Shown here: in pieces, positions 17,951 to 27,515 of the stretch
Numbering within the stretch: position 1 is the first letter of the stretch
Layout of the letters: every line of letters begins with the position of its first letter
Source: Vicinamibacteria bacterium
GTDB taxonomy: Bacteria > Acidobacteriota > Vicinamibacteria > Marinacidobacterales > Marinacidobacteraceae
DNA: 64,000 bases
Direction: 5' to 3'
NCBI GenBank assembly: GCA_964291235.2
Contig: OZ219815.1
Location: 896,001-960,000 of the forward strand
The notes under the pieces: model-generated
Seen by the model: the letters and a program-made list of their open reading frames with translations, nothing else
Database searches by the model: none
What the model was told of the DNA's origin: nothing
Position numbers and translations under genes: made by a program

Positions 17951-18739
17951 TTACGCGGTGTCCAGCACCTCGTTTACGAAGCGGCGCAGGAGGCTGGCGG
18001 CGCCCCGGGTCTCGGGCATGACGGCGCGGAGTTCTTCCAGCGAACTGGCGCCGGTCAGCGGAAGATACGGAGGGTAGGTGGCGATCCTCTGGATCAGATC
18101 CTCCTTGACCAGCTCCGGATGGAACTGGGTCGCGTAGATCGGTTTTCCCGGAAACGTCAGCGCTTCGTTTTCGATCGTGGCGCTCGAGGCGAGACTCACG
18201 GCCCCTTCGGGAAGTTCGTCCACGATGTCCTCGTGACCGATCACCACCGGAAAGCCGGCCCCGAGCGGACCGAAGACCGGATCCCGCCTCCCCGCTTCCG
18301 TCAGGTCCAGCGGAAGCACCCCCACTTCGGCACGGGCGTGATCGGTGACCACCCGGCCGCCGAGGGCCTTGGCCAGCGCCTGGAATCCCCAGCAGGAAGC
18401 GAAGGTCGGGATGGAATGCTCATGGAGGGCCTCCATCGCCCCGAGCGCCCCGGCGAGCCAGGGTCCACCCCGGACGACGGAGTGGTCGCCGCTCCCTCCG
18501 ATGAGGACGGCGTCGGCCGACCGGAGCCGGGAGAGCCCCGGAGATCCCCCCAGCAGGTCGAAGATCTCGAGCTGCTCACCGTCTATCCCGAGCGCGCGCC
18601 GGAAGGAATCGGCCTCGTGGGCCGCCACCCGATCGCCGGGCTCCCGCACCTGCAGCAGCAGGAAGCGCGATGGTTTCGGGCTCACGGATTCGAAGCTGGC
18701 GGAGCGGCCGGAGGAAACGAAGGACTCCGGGGCCGTCAC
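17951..18739 (-). CDS. Type 1 glutamine amidotransferase (GMP synthase-like)
   Basis: FASCWGFQ nucleophile elbow and TQFHPE catalytic motif. Confidence 0.88.
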   Translation of the reverse strand: MTAPESFVSSGRSASFESVSPKPSRFLLLQVREPGDRVAAHEADSFRRALGIDGEQLEIFDLLGGSPGLSRLRSADAVLIGGSGDHSVVRGGPWLAGALGAMEALHEHSIPTFASCWGFQALAKALGGRVVTDHARAEVGVLPLDLTEAGRRDPVFGPLGAGFPVVIGHEDIVDELPEGAVSLASSATIENEALTFPGKPIYATQFHPELVKEDLIQRIATYPPYLPLTGASSLEELRAVMPETRGAASLLRRFVNEVLDTA

Positions 18740-20267
18740 TCGGACGTATAGCGGCTCAGCAGGGGCTTGCCCGGAAACACGCCTTCCACGAGCGCTCCGT
18801 CCCGCACCACCGGGACGCCGTCCACCACCACGTGGGTGACCCCTTCGGAGAAGCTCATGTCGTCCTCGAAGTTCGCGGTGTCGATGATGGCGTCCGGATC
18901 GAACACGGCGATGTCGGCAATGGCGCCGACTTGGATCCGGCCTTTCCGCCGCATGAGGGGAGCGACTTCCTGAAGCCGCTCGGCCGGCAAGAGCGTGATC
19001 TTCTTGATCGCCTCGGGAAGCGACAGCACCCCCTGATCGCGGACATAGCGCCCGAGGACCCGGGAGAACGTGCCCGCCGAGCGCGGGTGGGCGCCGGGGG
19101 CGTAGGGCATGCCGTCCGAGGCCACCATTACGAACGGGAGTGCTGCATCGCCAGCTCGATCATCGCCGGGTCCATCATGTGCATGATCACCGTGCCCCCT
19201 TCCTCCTGGAAGAAGTTGAAGGTCTCCTCGGTGAGCCGCTCGCCGGTGTCCTGCCACTGGATGTCCTCGTAGGTCATCCCGAGTTTTTCCTGCCAGCCCT
19301 CGTCGAAGATCGCCGAGGAGATTCCCGTGGAGGCCGCGGTGTAGGGATAGGCCTCGGTGGTCACGTCCACGCCGGCGTCCCGGGCGCCCTTGATCAGGGC
19401 CAGGGTGACCGGCAGGTGGTGCAGGCTGGAACTGTTCAGGTGGACGATATGGAGCGGCGCTCCGGTGGCGGTGGCATTGGCGAGGACTTCCTGGATCGCG
19501 GACACCGCCATGTCGCGGACGTGGGTGTAGATCGGAACGTCGAGTTCCGCGGCCAGCTCGAAGATCCGGAAGATCTCCGTGTGGGTGGCGCCCGGGTAGT
19601 ACTGGTGCGGCATGCCGATTCCCAGTCCGCCGGCCCGGAGCTCGGCGGCGATGGCCTCATGGACCGTCTCGGCGTCCTCCACCGCGGCGTAGTTCGCTTC
19701 GCGGAGGAGGTTGGCGTGTTCGATTACCAGTTCGGCGCCGGTGCTCTCCGCGTCCAGGACCCCTTCCGCCACCTCGCTGACATCCGGAATCCCGAGCAGC
19801 CGCAGTCCCCCGTGGGACACCGAGGCGCCGTAGTGAACGATCGCGTCCCCGGCGCGGCTTTCGAGGAAACGGGCAACCCGCGGCACGCCGCCCTCCAGCT
19901 CCAGCGCGGTCGTCACTCCGTCCATCGCCTGGTACTTGTTCGCTTCGCCGGACTGTCCGTGTGCGTGGAGGTCAATGAACCCCGGGCTCACCACCTTTCC
20001 CGAGGCATCGAGCAGCGCGCCGCCCTGCTTCAGGCGGTTCTGGAGCACCTCGCGGGAGATCGCCACGATCTCGTTCCGGACCACTCCCACGTCGCGGACC
20101 GCGTCGAGTCCCGTTTCGGGATCGATGACGCGGCCACCGGTGATCACGAGGTCGAGATCGCGCTCCTGGGCCAGGAGCGCCGCCGGAAGCAGCAGAGCGA
20201 GGATAAGGGCGCCGGAGCGCCGGGAACGGCAGGAACGCATGGGTGCGGTTCTCCTTGTCGAAATCAT
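18736..20267 (-). CDS. N-acyl-D-amino-acid deacylase/amidohydrolase, frameshifted near 19135-19142
   Basis: PGFIDLHAH in ORF 19128-20402; VASDG, HPRSAGTF and KGRIQVGAIADIAVFDP in ORF 18736-19257. Confidence 0.85.
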
Positions 20268-20275
20268 CTTGAGGG

Positions 20276-22045
20276 CTATCTGGGAATCACCGGAAGCACC
20301 ACCCTCGAGGGGTGGTCCGCATCGTGGTAGATGGTGTTCGTCGCCACCACGCCCGGACGGTCCTCCATCATCTCCCTCCCGGTGTTTCCATTCGGGTACC
20401 ACTTCGGAAAACTCGAACTGGTGACGGTGAGCCGGATCCGCTGGCCCTTCAGGAAGACGTTGGACATCGGGTAGAGCTCGATCGTGTAGGGGACGATCTC
20501 GCCGGGGGTCAGCAGCACCGGTGCTTCATCCCCTTCCCGGTAGCGGGCACGCTGGATCATCTGGCGGAGCAGTTGCGAGTAGCCCGACTCGTGAACGGCG
20601 GTCATGGTGACCACCCAGTCGGTGTCCAGCGCGGACGAGGAGGCGAAGAACTCGACCCGCACGAAGCCGGTCACCTCGAGCGGAGCTTCGAGCGGCGTCG
20701 AGGTGTAGGTGAGGCTGACGCGATCGGCGGGTCCGTGATCCTGCGCTCCGCGCGGCTCCACAAAGAGGTCGCCGCCGATGGTCGGCGCCGGATTCCGGGG
20801 GTCGTACTCGTAGGAATCCGGGGTTTCGGAGCCCGACGGCGGGTCACGCGAGAGCACGCCGTCGTTGAGCGAATCGGCGCTCCCGGCGGGACCGGCCCGC
20901 AGGTACCACGCCTCCTCCTGCTGGCGGGCGAGCGGGAACTCGTTCTCCTCGCGCCAGACGTTGTCTCCCATCACGTAAATGAGGACCGGCGCCTCGTCCA
21001 TGATGCCGTTGTCGTGGCCCTTGAGGTGGTGGTCGAACCAGCGCAGGCGCAGCGCCAGGTCGTCGATGCTCGATCCCGGGAAGTTCATGTCGCCGACCCG
21101 GTCGTCGGAGGGCGGCCAGCCGTGGATCCAGGGCCCCACGATGAGCTTCTGCTGTCCCTTCCCGTTCGGTCCGCCGATCTCGTTCACCTCCTTGAAGTGG
21201 CGCACGGTGCCGTGGATGTGCCGGTCGTACCAGCCGCCGAGGTGATAGATGGGCACGTCGAACTTCTCGTATTGCTCGTCCACCGCGAGACGGCGCCAGT
21301 AGTCGTTGTAGTACGGGTTGCCGACGAGGTCGTTGTACATGTCCGAGAACATGCTCTCGGTGAACGAATCGCCCACCTCGCGGTGTTCGTCGTACCAGGA
21401 GGTCCACGCCTCGCCGGATCCCAGATAACCCCGGTGGCCCGGAACATTCATCCTCAGCGGCTTCACCATCTCTCGCTGAGTGAGCAGCCAGGTCGGCAGG
21501 ACCATGTGGAGCGCGCCGCCCTGCCAGAAGATGTCCCGGTAGCTGTTCGAGGCGTACTGCGAGCAGAACATCGCTTCGAGGTGCGGCGGTTGGGTGGGCG
21601 CGGTGAGGAGTTGATTCGCGCAGGTGAACGACAGCCCGTGCGTCCCCACCTTCCCGGTGGACATCGGGTGCGCCGCCGCCCACTCGATGGTGTCGTAGCC
21701 GTCCTGGCGTTCCCCCCAGCCCTCGTCCATGAGCCAGTAGTACTCCCCCTCGGACTCGTAGCGGCCGCGTTCGTCCTGGGCCATGGCGATGTACCCGCGG
21801 GCCGCGAAATACTCGGCGGAGGAGCGGGCGCAGGCGCCCTTGTTGTAGGGAGTGCGCTCGAGAACCACGGGAAACGGACCCGGCCCCTGTCCAAGCGGGG
21901 TGTAAACGTCGGTCGCGAGACGGGTGCCGTCCCGCATGGGAACCATCACCTGCTCGCAGGTCCAGTTCTGGGCGGCGCCGAGCGCCGGGAACCAGAGGAG
22001 ACAGACGGTTGCGCCAGCCAGACGGGTGGAGAGACGGGTCATCAC
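20276..22045 (-). CDS. CocE/NonD family hydrolase (S15)
   Basis: VPMRDGTRLATDVY, RTPY, QDERGRYESEG, GLSF nucleophile, GGWYD, GPWIHG. Confidence 0.92.
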   Translation of the reverse strand: MMTRLSTRLAGATVCLLWFPALGAAQNWTCEQVMVPMRDGTRLATDVYTPLGQGPGPFPVVLERTPYNKGACARSSAEYFAARGYIAMAQDERGRYESEGEYYWLMDEGWGERQDGYDTIEWAAAHPMSTGKVGTHGLSFTCANQLLTAPTQPPHLEAMFCSQYASNSYRDIFWQGGALHMVLPTWLLTQREMVKPLRMNVPGHRGYLGSGEAWTSWYDEHREVGDSFTESMFSDMYNDLVGNPYYNDYWRRLAVDEQYEKFDVPIYHLGGWYDRHIHGTVRHFKEVNEIGGPNGKGQQKLIVGPWIHGWPPSDDRVGDMNFPGSSIDDLALRLRWFDHHLKGHDNGIMDEAPVLIYVMGDNVWREENEFPLARQQEEAWYLRAGPAGSADSLNDGVLSRDPPSGSETPDSYEYDPRNPAPTIGGDLFVEPRGAQDHGPADRVSLTYTSTPLEAPLEVTGFVRVEFFASSSALDTDWVVTMTAVHESGYSQLLRQMIQRARYREGDEAPVLLTPGEIVPYTIELYPMSNVFLKGQRIRLTVTSSSFPKWYPNGNTGREMMEDRPGVVATNTIYHDADHPSRVVLPVIPR

Positions 22046-22171
22046 GACCTCCGTTGAGAAGCGGGGAAGGGTTTCAATCTTCCCACGCCCCTCAGGGCCG
22101 GACCAAATCGGGCAAAGCCGAACTCCCGGGTGTCCGGGAGGGACCGGGGCGCGGGCGGCGCTTCTCGCGCG

Positions 22172-24232
22172 TCAGCGGTCCAGCGCCTCCAGTTGCACGA
22201 AGTGGTCCACGTACCCCCGGTACCGGTTCCGGATGTCGCTGACGTATCGGGTGACTTCCGAACCCCGGACATAGCCGTGAGCCGCCCGGCTCGCGTACTC
22301 GGGTTCGCTCAGCTTGCGCATTGCCTCCTCGACGTGGCCGAACCAGAGCGAGCCGTCGAGCCCGAGTTGCCGCGCCAGGCGCCGGCCATCCCGCACGTGG
22401 CCGTAGCCGGCGTTATAGGAGGCCAGGGCGAACCAGAGCTGTTCGCCCGGGGGCAGGTCGGGGAACCGGTCCCGCGTCCAGGCGAGATAGCGGACCCCGG
22501 CGTCAATACCGACCTCGGGCTCGGCAAGCCGGTCCGGATCCACCCCGAGTTCCTCCGCCGTGCGGGGCATGATCTGGAGTAGCCCCCGCGCCCCCGCGTA
22601 GCTGACGGTCCGGGGGTTGAAGCCGCTCTCCTGGTACATCTGGGCGATGATCAGGCGCCAGTCGAAACCCTCCTCCTCGGCGACCGGCTTGACCAGGACG
22701 TCGTAACGCGAAAGCTCGTCCCCGGTGACCCGGTGCTCCCGCTGGCGTTCCTGGCGACGGCGATTCGCGAAGTACTTGTTGTAGAGGATGTTGAAGTCGA
22801 GGCCGCGATAGCCGGCGTTCAGGAAGGCGTCCAATTCCCGCTTCAGATCCTCACGCTCCGGACCCACCGCCCAGACGAGTTGCACCGTGGGTTCCACCGC
22901 GAGCCCCAGCTGCAGCCGCGGCTCGAAGGTCGCCGCGAGTTCGGCGCGGTGGCTGTCCACCAGGGTCACGTCCACTTCGCCCTCCGCCACCGCTGCCAGG
23001 ATGGCGTGACTGGAAAGCTGCGATGCCTCGACCTCGAAGTCCCCCTCGAGGCTTCCGAGCGTTGCCAGGTAACTCGTCGCCTCCGGGACCGTCACCGTGC
23101 GTCCGGCGAGGTCGGTCAATAGCGCGACCGGCTCCCCGGCGGTGACGAAGGTTTCCTGGATTTCGAGGTAATGACGGGTGAACAGCAGGCCCTCTGCGGC
23201 GCGCGCCGGCGTCTCGACCCAGCCGGCGGCCACCAGGTCCCCGCGCCCGGCGACGAGTCCCTCGACGAGTTCGGTGTGATCGCGGGCCACGATCACCGCC
23301 AGGTCCAGACCGCGAGCGTCCGCGAACATCCGCACCAGTTCGTACTCGAAGCCGAGCCGCTCGCCTCGCCACAGGTAGTGCGTCACCGGCGAGCTGATTG
23401 TCAGGAGCCGGAGCTGGCCCGACGCCTGGATCGCCTCCCAGTCACGGACTTCCGAAGGTTCGTCGGCGACGGTGTGGTGTTCCGTCAGGAAATCATCAAG
23501 TGTCTCCCGCAGGTCCGGGTTTTCCCGCCGCACCGCCCAGGCGATGCGCTGCGGTTCGGGAAGCTCCGCCAGTTTCTGGATTTCGGAGCTCGTCTGGACG
23601 ACGACCCGGGCGGCCGCTTCATCCATGATCGTGGTGTCGAAGGCGCCGTCTTCGATCAGCTCCTGGATGTTGAGGGGATCGAATACGCCGGCCACCTCAG
23701 CGCGCGGCGCATCCGGGTAGTGGGCGGTGAGGCTCTCCTCATAGGAGGTTCCGGCGGGAACACCGAAGACGCCTTCGCTGCGGCCGATGACCCATTCCCG
23801 CGAAATCGTGAGCGGGACGGTAAAGGCCACCCGCTGCTTGCGGGTCTCCGTAACCGTCAGGGTGGCGACGGCCACATCGGCGCGGCCCTCCTCGAGCGCC
23901 ACCAGCAATCCATCCACGTCGGGGGACACGGTCCACTCGGCGCGCAGGCCGTGGCGCTCGGCGAACCGTTCGGCGAGGAAGCGATAGCGCCCCTTGGACA
24001 ACCCCTGGGAGGGGAGGGTGTCGAACGCTTCGAAACCGTGCCGCACGAAGCGGATCACCCCCCGGTCCAGAATCGCCGGCCAGTCGTCCACGGTCCCCGC
24101 CGGAATCACCGACGGAGGGCCGTCCGCACTCTCGGGAGCGCCACACCCGGGCAGCAGGATCACGAGGAGCGGGAGCGCCGGCACCGCGGTCCCGAGGACC
24201 GCGCGCCAGCGCCGGGCTGTCATCTTCAACAT
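22172..24232 (-). CDS. mltF: MltF-like lytic transglycosylase with two SBP3 domains
   Basis: Two substrate-binding repeats, then YQESGF, GLLQIMP and ALASYNAG SLT motifs; lipobox LPGC. Confidence 0.85.
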   Translation of the reverse strand: MLKMTARRWRAVLGTAVPALPLLVILLPGCGAPESADGPPSVIPAGTVDDWPAILDRGVIRFVRHGFEAFDTLPSQGLSKGRYRFLAERFAERHGLRAEWTVSPDVDGLLVALEEGRADVAVATLTVTETRKQRVAFTVPLTISREWVIGRSEGVFGVPAGTSYEESLTAHYPDAPRAEVAGVFDPLNIQELIEDGAFDTTIMDEAAARVVVQTSSEIQKLAELPEPQRIAWAVRRENPDLRETLDDFLTEHHTVADEPSEVRDWEAIQASGQLRLLTISSPVTHYLWRGERLGFEYELVRMFADARGLDLAVIVARDHTELVEGLVAGRGDLVAAGWVETPARAAEGLLFTRHYLEIQETFVTAGEPVALLTDLAGRTVTVPEATSYLATLGSLEGDFEVEASQLSSHAILAAVAEGEVDVTLVDSHRAELAATFEPRLQLGLAVEPTVQLVWAVGPEREDLKRELDAFLNAGYRGLDFNILYNKYFANRRRQERQREHRVTGDELSRYDVLVKPVAEEEGFDWRLIIAQMYQESGFNPRTVSYAGARGLLQIMPRTAEELGVDPDRLAEPEVGIDAGVRYLAWTRDRFPDLPPGEQLWFALASYNAGYGHVRDGRRLARQLGLDGSLWFGHVEEAMRKLSEPEYASRAAHGYVRGSEVTRYVSDIRNRYRGYVDHFVQLEALDR

Positions 24233-24328
24233 CGCAAGCCTTGTGCGGCAGCGGCCCGTAGCCACGAGCCGCCTCGCGTTGTTTTCGCCGCCCGGAAGGC
24301 GACGATTCCCGAAGATTAGCGTCCCGTG

Positions 24329-24404
24329 TGGCGCGCCCTGAGGGATTCGAACCCCCGACCTACAGGTTCGTAGCCTGTTGCTCTATCCACTGAGCTAAGG
24401 GCGC
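24329..24404 (-). tRNA. tRNA-Arg(ACG)
   Basis: GCGCCCTTAGCTCAGTGGATAGAGCAACAGGCT-ACG-AACCTGTAGGTCGGGGGTTCGAATCCCTCAGGGCGCGCCA. Confidence 0.97.
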
Positions 24405-24443
24405 TTGCGACGCGGGGACCGGGCAATCTAGCAGGTTCCGTGC

Positions 24444-24488
24444 CGGATCGCCGGTCTTCCGATCGGCATCGTCCGGCGGGAAACGGGC
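24444..24488 (+). repeat. Degenerate REP-like copy
   Basis: GGATCGCCGGTCTTCCGATCGGCATCGTCCGGCGGGAAACGGGC aligns with the core GGAACGCCGGCCTCCAGGCCGGCACAGCCCGCCGCAGGCGGGC. Confidence 0.5.
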
Positions 24489-24528
24489 AAAGGGAGCGCT
24501 GTCGCCGCCGGCGGCGGCATCCGTTCCT

Positions 24529-25455
24529 TCAGGCAGCCGCGACCGGAGCCTCCATCCCCCGATGCGCCCAGCCCCGGGCCATCCGGGGGGTGCTCCAGGC
24601 GCTGACGAGGCGGGCGTCCGGAGTCAGGATCAGCAGCCCGGCCGTTCCCCCGAGCCGCGACCAGCAGGCGCCGAGGAGGGTGCGCGCCGCTTGTTCGGGA
24701 TCGTCTCCGGCTTCGATGCGGGCAAGCACCGCGCGGGCCATGGACAAGCGCGCAATGCCCTCTCCCCAGCCGGTGCTCGCCACGCCGCCAACCCGCGAAT
24801 CCGCGTAGAGCCCGGCGCCCGGCAGAGGAGTGTCTCCCACCCGGCCGGGACGCTTGTTCAGGGTCCCACCGGTCGATCCGGCGGCCGCGATCCGGCCGTC
24901 GCAATCGAGCGCCACGGCGCCGACGGTATCCCCGGGCGCGGGTTTCCGGCGGCGGGCCTGGTGCTCCCGCAGACGATTCACTTCGCGGGGCACCACGAGT
25001 TCTCCGGGGCCGATGGCCTCGAATCCCTGCTGGCGGGCGAACTCCTCGGCGCCCGGGCCGGCGAGCAGCACCTGCCCGGTCGTTTCGATGAGCCGCCGGG
25101 CCACCCGGACAGGGTTCCGGATCGTGTTCACGGCGGCCACCCCGCCCACCCGAAGGTCCTCACCGTCCATGATCGAGGCGTCGAGGACGGCCTCGCCGCG
25201 CCGGTTCAAGACGGATCCGGTGCCGGCATTGAGGGCCGGGTCGTCTTCGAGGTGGGTGACCACCGCCTCCACGGTGTCGAGCGCCGAGGCGCCGCGCTTC
25301 AGGAGGTCGAAGCCGAGCCGGACCGCCGCGAGGGAGCCCGCTTCATGAGCCTCCCGCTCCTCGGCGGGAATATCCCAGGCCCCTCCGTGAACCAGCAGGG
25401 CCGGCCCGGAGCCCGGGACAATTTCGCACTGGATCCGGGGCTCGTTCTTGCTCAC
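24529..25455 (-). CDS. iaaA: Isoaspartyl peptidase / L-asparaginase (Ntn hydrolase)
   Basis: LVHGGAW, DTVGAVALD, STGG, GRVGDTPLPGAG and STGWGE motifs. Confidence 0.9.
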   Translation of the reverse strand: MSKNEPRIQCEIVPGSGPALLVHGGAWDIPAEEREAHEAGSLAAVRLGFDLLKRGASALDTVEAVVTHLEDDPALNAGTGSVLNRRGEAVLDASIMDGEDLRVGGVAAVNTIRNPVRVARRLIETTGQVLLAGPGAEEFARQQGFEAIGPGELVVPREVNRLREHQARRRKPAPGDTVGAVALDCDGRIAAAGSTGGTLNKRPGRVGDTPLPGAGLYADSRVGGVASTGWGEGIARLSMARAVLARIEAGDDPEQAARTLLGACWSRLGGTAGLLILTPDARLVSAWSTPRMARGWAHRGMEAPVAAA

Positions 25456-25475
25456 CCGAAAAACCAAACCACGCC

Positions 25476-25550
25476 TGGTACCGCTACGGGGATTCGAACC
25501 CCGGTTTGATGGCTGAGAACCACCCGTCCTAACCCCTAGACGATAGCGGC
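25476..25550 (-). tRNA. tRNA-Glu(CTC)
   Basis: GCCGCTATCGTCTAGGGGTTAGGACGGGTGGTT-CTC-AGCCATCAAACCGGGGTTCGAATCCCCGTAGCGGTACCA. Confidence 0.97.
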
Positions 25551-25593
25551 ACCCGCAGGCGTGGGACCGCGGATTATACGGTTTCCGAATCGT

Positions 25594-26364
25594 TCACGCA
25601 TCCGCGACGCTGGTGGGGATGGTGAGATGCCAGTCGCCGGTGGAGGGCGCCGGAAGGTCGCGGTCGCCGCCCTGTCGCACCAGAACGCGCGCTCCGGAGC
25701 GGCCGGGAAGGAAACGGGCCAGATACAGCCCTCTGGCCAACAGCCGGTGCGGCGTTTCGAACTTCACCGACGTGGCGGAGGCGGCCGCCTGGAGGGTGCT
25801 CGCGGCAAGGAGAGCGGTCACGTCGGGTTCCTCGGGGGGGGCGATCCAGTACGGCACCGCCAGCGGGCCGGAGGCCGGAGGCTCGAACCGGCAACTGGCG
25901 ATCGGCTGGCCGCCGCGCGTCACATGGACCCCCGCCGCCGGCAGCGGCGCCCGATCCGGGAACCCGGCAACCGCGCCGAATGCCGGCCCGAGGCGTTCCC
26001 GGAGACTTTGCTCCTCGGCATCGGGCAACGGGCCCGGGATCACTTCGACGTTCCCCGGCGGCCGGGCGCGCGGCAGGAGGAGAGCGAGCAGGTTCCGGCG
26101 CAGCCAGCCGGGGCGTACCGGGCAGGAATAGCGCGGCAGGGGACCCGCGTCATCGAAACCGAGCGCGCGGAGATCCGGGATCAGGAAACTGGCGTCCTCT
26201 TCGAGGACCACGGCGGTGACGCCGGCGCTTCGGGACCAGGCGGCGAGCCGGGCCAGCCCTTCGCGACGCGACGCCTGCGGCGGAAGACGCAGCCCGCTGA
26301 GGAATTCTCCCGAGCCGGGAGGCGCGATCTGCCGGGTCAGCAGCGGCGCCGTGACGATTTCCAA
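25594..26364 (-). CDS. Hypothetical protein (possibly a degenerate GNAT-like fold)
   Basis: Fills the gap in a minus-strand operon; LRALGF and W-x-L-T terminus; function unclear. Confidence 0.45.
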   Translation of the reverse strand: MEIVTAPLLTRQIAPPGSGEFLSGLRLPPQASRREGLARLAAWSRSAGVTAVVLEEDASFLIPDLRALGFDDAGPLPRYSCPVRPGWLRRNLLALLLPRARPPGNVEVIPGPLPDAEEQSLRERLGPAFGAVAGFPDRAPLPAAGVHVTRGGQPIASCRFEPPASGPLAVPYWIAPPEEPDVTALLAASTLQAAASATSVKFETPHRLLARGLYLARFLPGRSGARVLVRQGGDRDLPAPSTGDWHLTIPTSVADA

Positions 26365-26436
26365 GCGGTTTCCCGGGTCTTCACTCGGGCTTCGGGAGGG
26401 GACTCGTGGGCCGGTTGTGAAATGCCTGCTGCCGGA

Positions 26437-26625
26437 TCAGTCCTCGGGGGGCATCAGGATCCCTAGAACGAGATAACACAGGATGCCGGGAAACGCCGCC
26501 GAACAGATGCTCACCAGAACGTAGAGAACCCGAAGCAGCGTCCGGTCCACGTTCCACCAGTCAGCCAGCCCGGCACAGACCCCCAGCACCATCCGCCCCT
26601 GGGATGGACGCACGAGTTTGGCCAT
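26437..26625 (-). CDS. pspC: PspC domain protein
   Basis: MAKLVRPSQGRMVLGVCAGLADWWNVDRTLLRVLYV...YLVLGILMP. Confidence 0.9.
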   Translation of the reverse strand: MAKLVRPSQGRMVLGVCAGLADWWNVDRTLLRVLYVLVSICSAAFPGILCYLVLGILMPPED

Positions 26626-26662
26626 TGTCTTCTCCCATCTACGAACTCTTGGGGGGGATGGT

Positions 26663-27511
26663 TCAACCGACCGGGGAGATGCCCGCCACCGACGCCAGGA
26701 TGGCGAGGGCGCTCGCCCCCACCAGCCCGAGGGCCCAGAGCGCGTGCCTGCCCCGTTCGGGGCTGAACGCGCCAAAGCGCGACGCCACCAGGTATCCACC
26801 GAGAAAACCGCCGAGATGGGCGGCATTGTCAATCCCCGGAATCAGCGCCCCGAAGATCCCGATGAAGATCACGTAGCGCCAGATCTGGCGCGCGAAATCC
26901 GAACTGGTGCGCCGCCCGAAATAGAGGAGCGCCCCGATCATGCCGCACAGTGAGGCCGACGCACCGACCGTGATTCCCGGCGCCCCTCCCAGGAAAGGAA
27001 TGGCGATCCCCGAAGCCCCCATGAAGGAGGAAAGCAGAAAACCGGTGACGGCCGAAACCTGGTAGATCACGAGCGCCCGGCTGGTCCCGAACATCTCCCC
27101 CACCGCCGGGAACAGGTTCCAGAGCCAGTACATGTTGAAGAAGATGTGAAGCAGCCCGCCGTGAAGCCAGCCCGCGCTCAGGACGGCGGACCACTTGCCG
27201 ACCCCGAATACCGGGATTCCTCCCGCGGCCCCCAGTCGATAGAGGATGCGGCCGTCCGGACTCAGGAAACCGAGGAGCCCCCGCATCTCGATGGCGCCGA
27301 TGCTCAACACCAGCGCCAGCAGGAACAGCCCGATGTTCGCGGCCAGCAGGATCTTCAGGACCCCGGCGGTATCGAAGCGCAGGAGACCGGCAAAGCCGAA
27401 GAGCCCCGGGTTCCGGCGGCCACAGGAAAGGCACTGCTGGTCATTGACGCCGACGAGCTGCCCGCACCCGGGACACAGGACAGCGCCCTCCCGCTTCGCG
27501 CCGAACACCAT
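26663..27511 (-). CDS. Rhomboid intramembrane serine protease with an N-terminal Zn ribbon
   Basis: CPGC/CLSC, HGGLLHIFFNM, GAS and DNAAHLGG motifs. Confidence 0.9.
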   Translation of the reverse strand: MVFGAKREGAVLCPGCGQLVGVNDQQCLSCGRRNPGLFGFAGLLRFDTAGVLKILLAANIGLFLLALVLSIGAIEMRGLLGFLSPDGRILYRLGAAGGIPVFGVGKWSAVLSAGWLHGGLLHIFFNMYWLWNLFPAVGEMFGTSRALVIYQVSAVTGFLLSSFMGASGIAIPFLGGAPGITVGASASLCGMIGALLYFGRRTSSDFARQIWRYVIFIGIFGALIPGIDNAAHLGGFLGGYLVASRFGAFSPERGRHALWALGLVGASALAILASVAGISPVG

Positions 27512-27515
27512 CGGC

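Noticed and set aside
24329-25550. tRNA-anchored integrative element
   Set aside because: No integrase and no duplicated tRNA 3' end were seen in the window.
26365-26439. pspC TGA is in frame with the downstream ORF (possible second Sec read-through)
   Set aside because: PspC ends at its normal C-terminus (MPPED), there is no Cys-motif context, the linker is low-complexity and no convincing SECIS is present.
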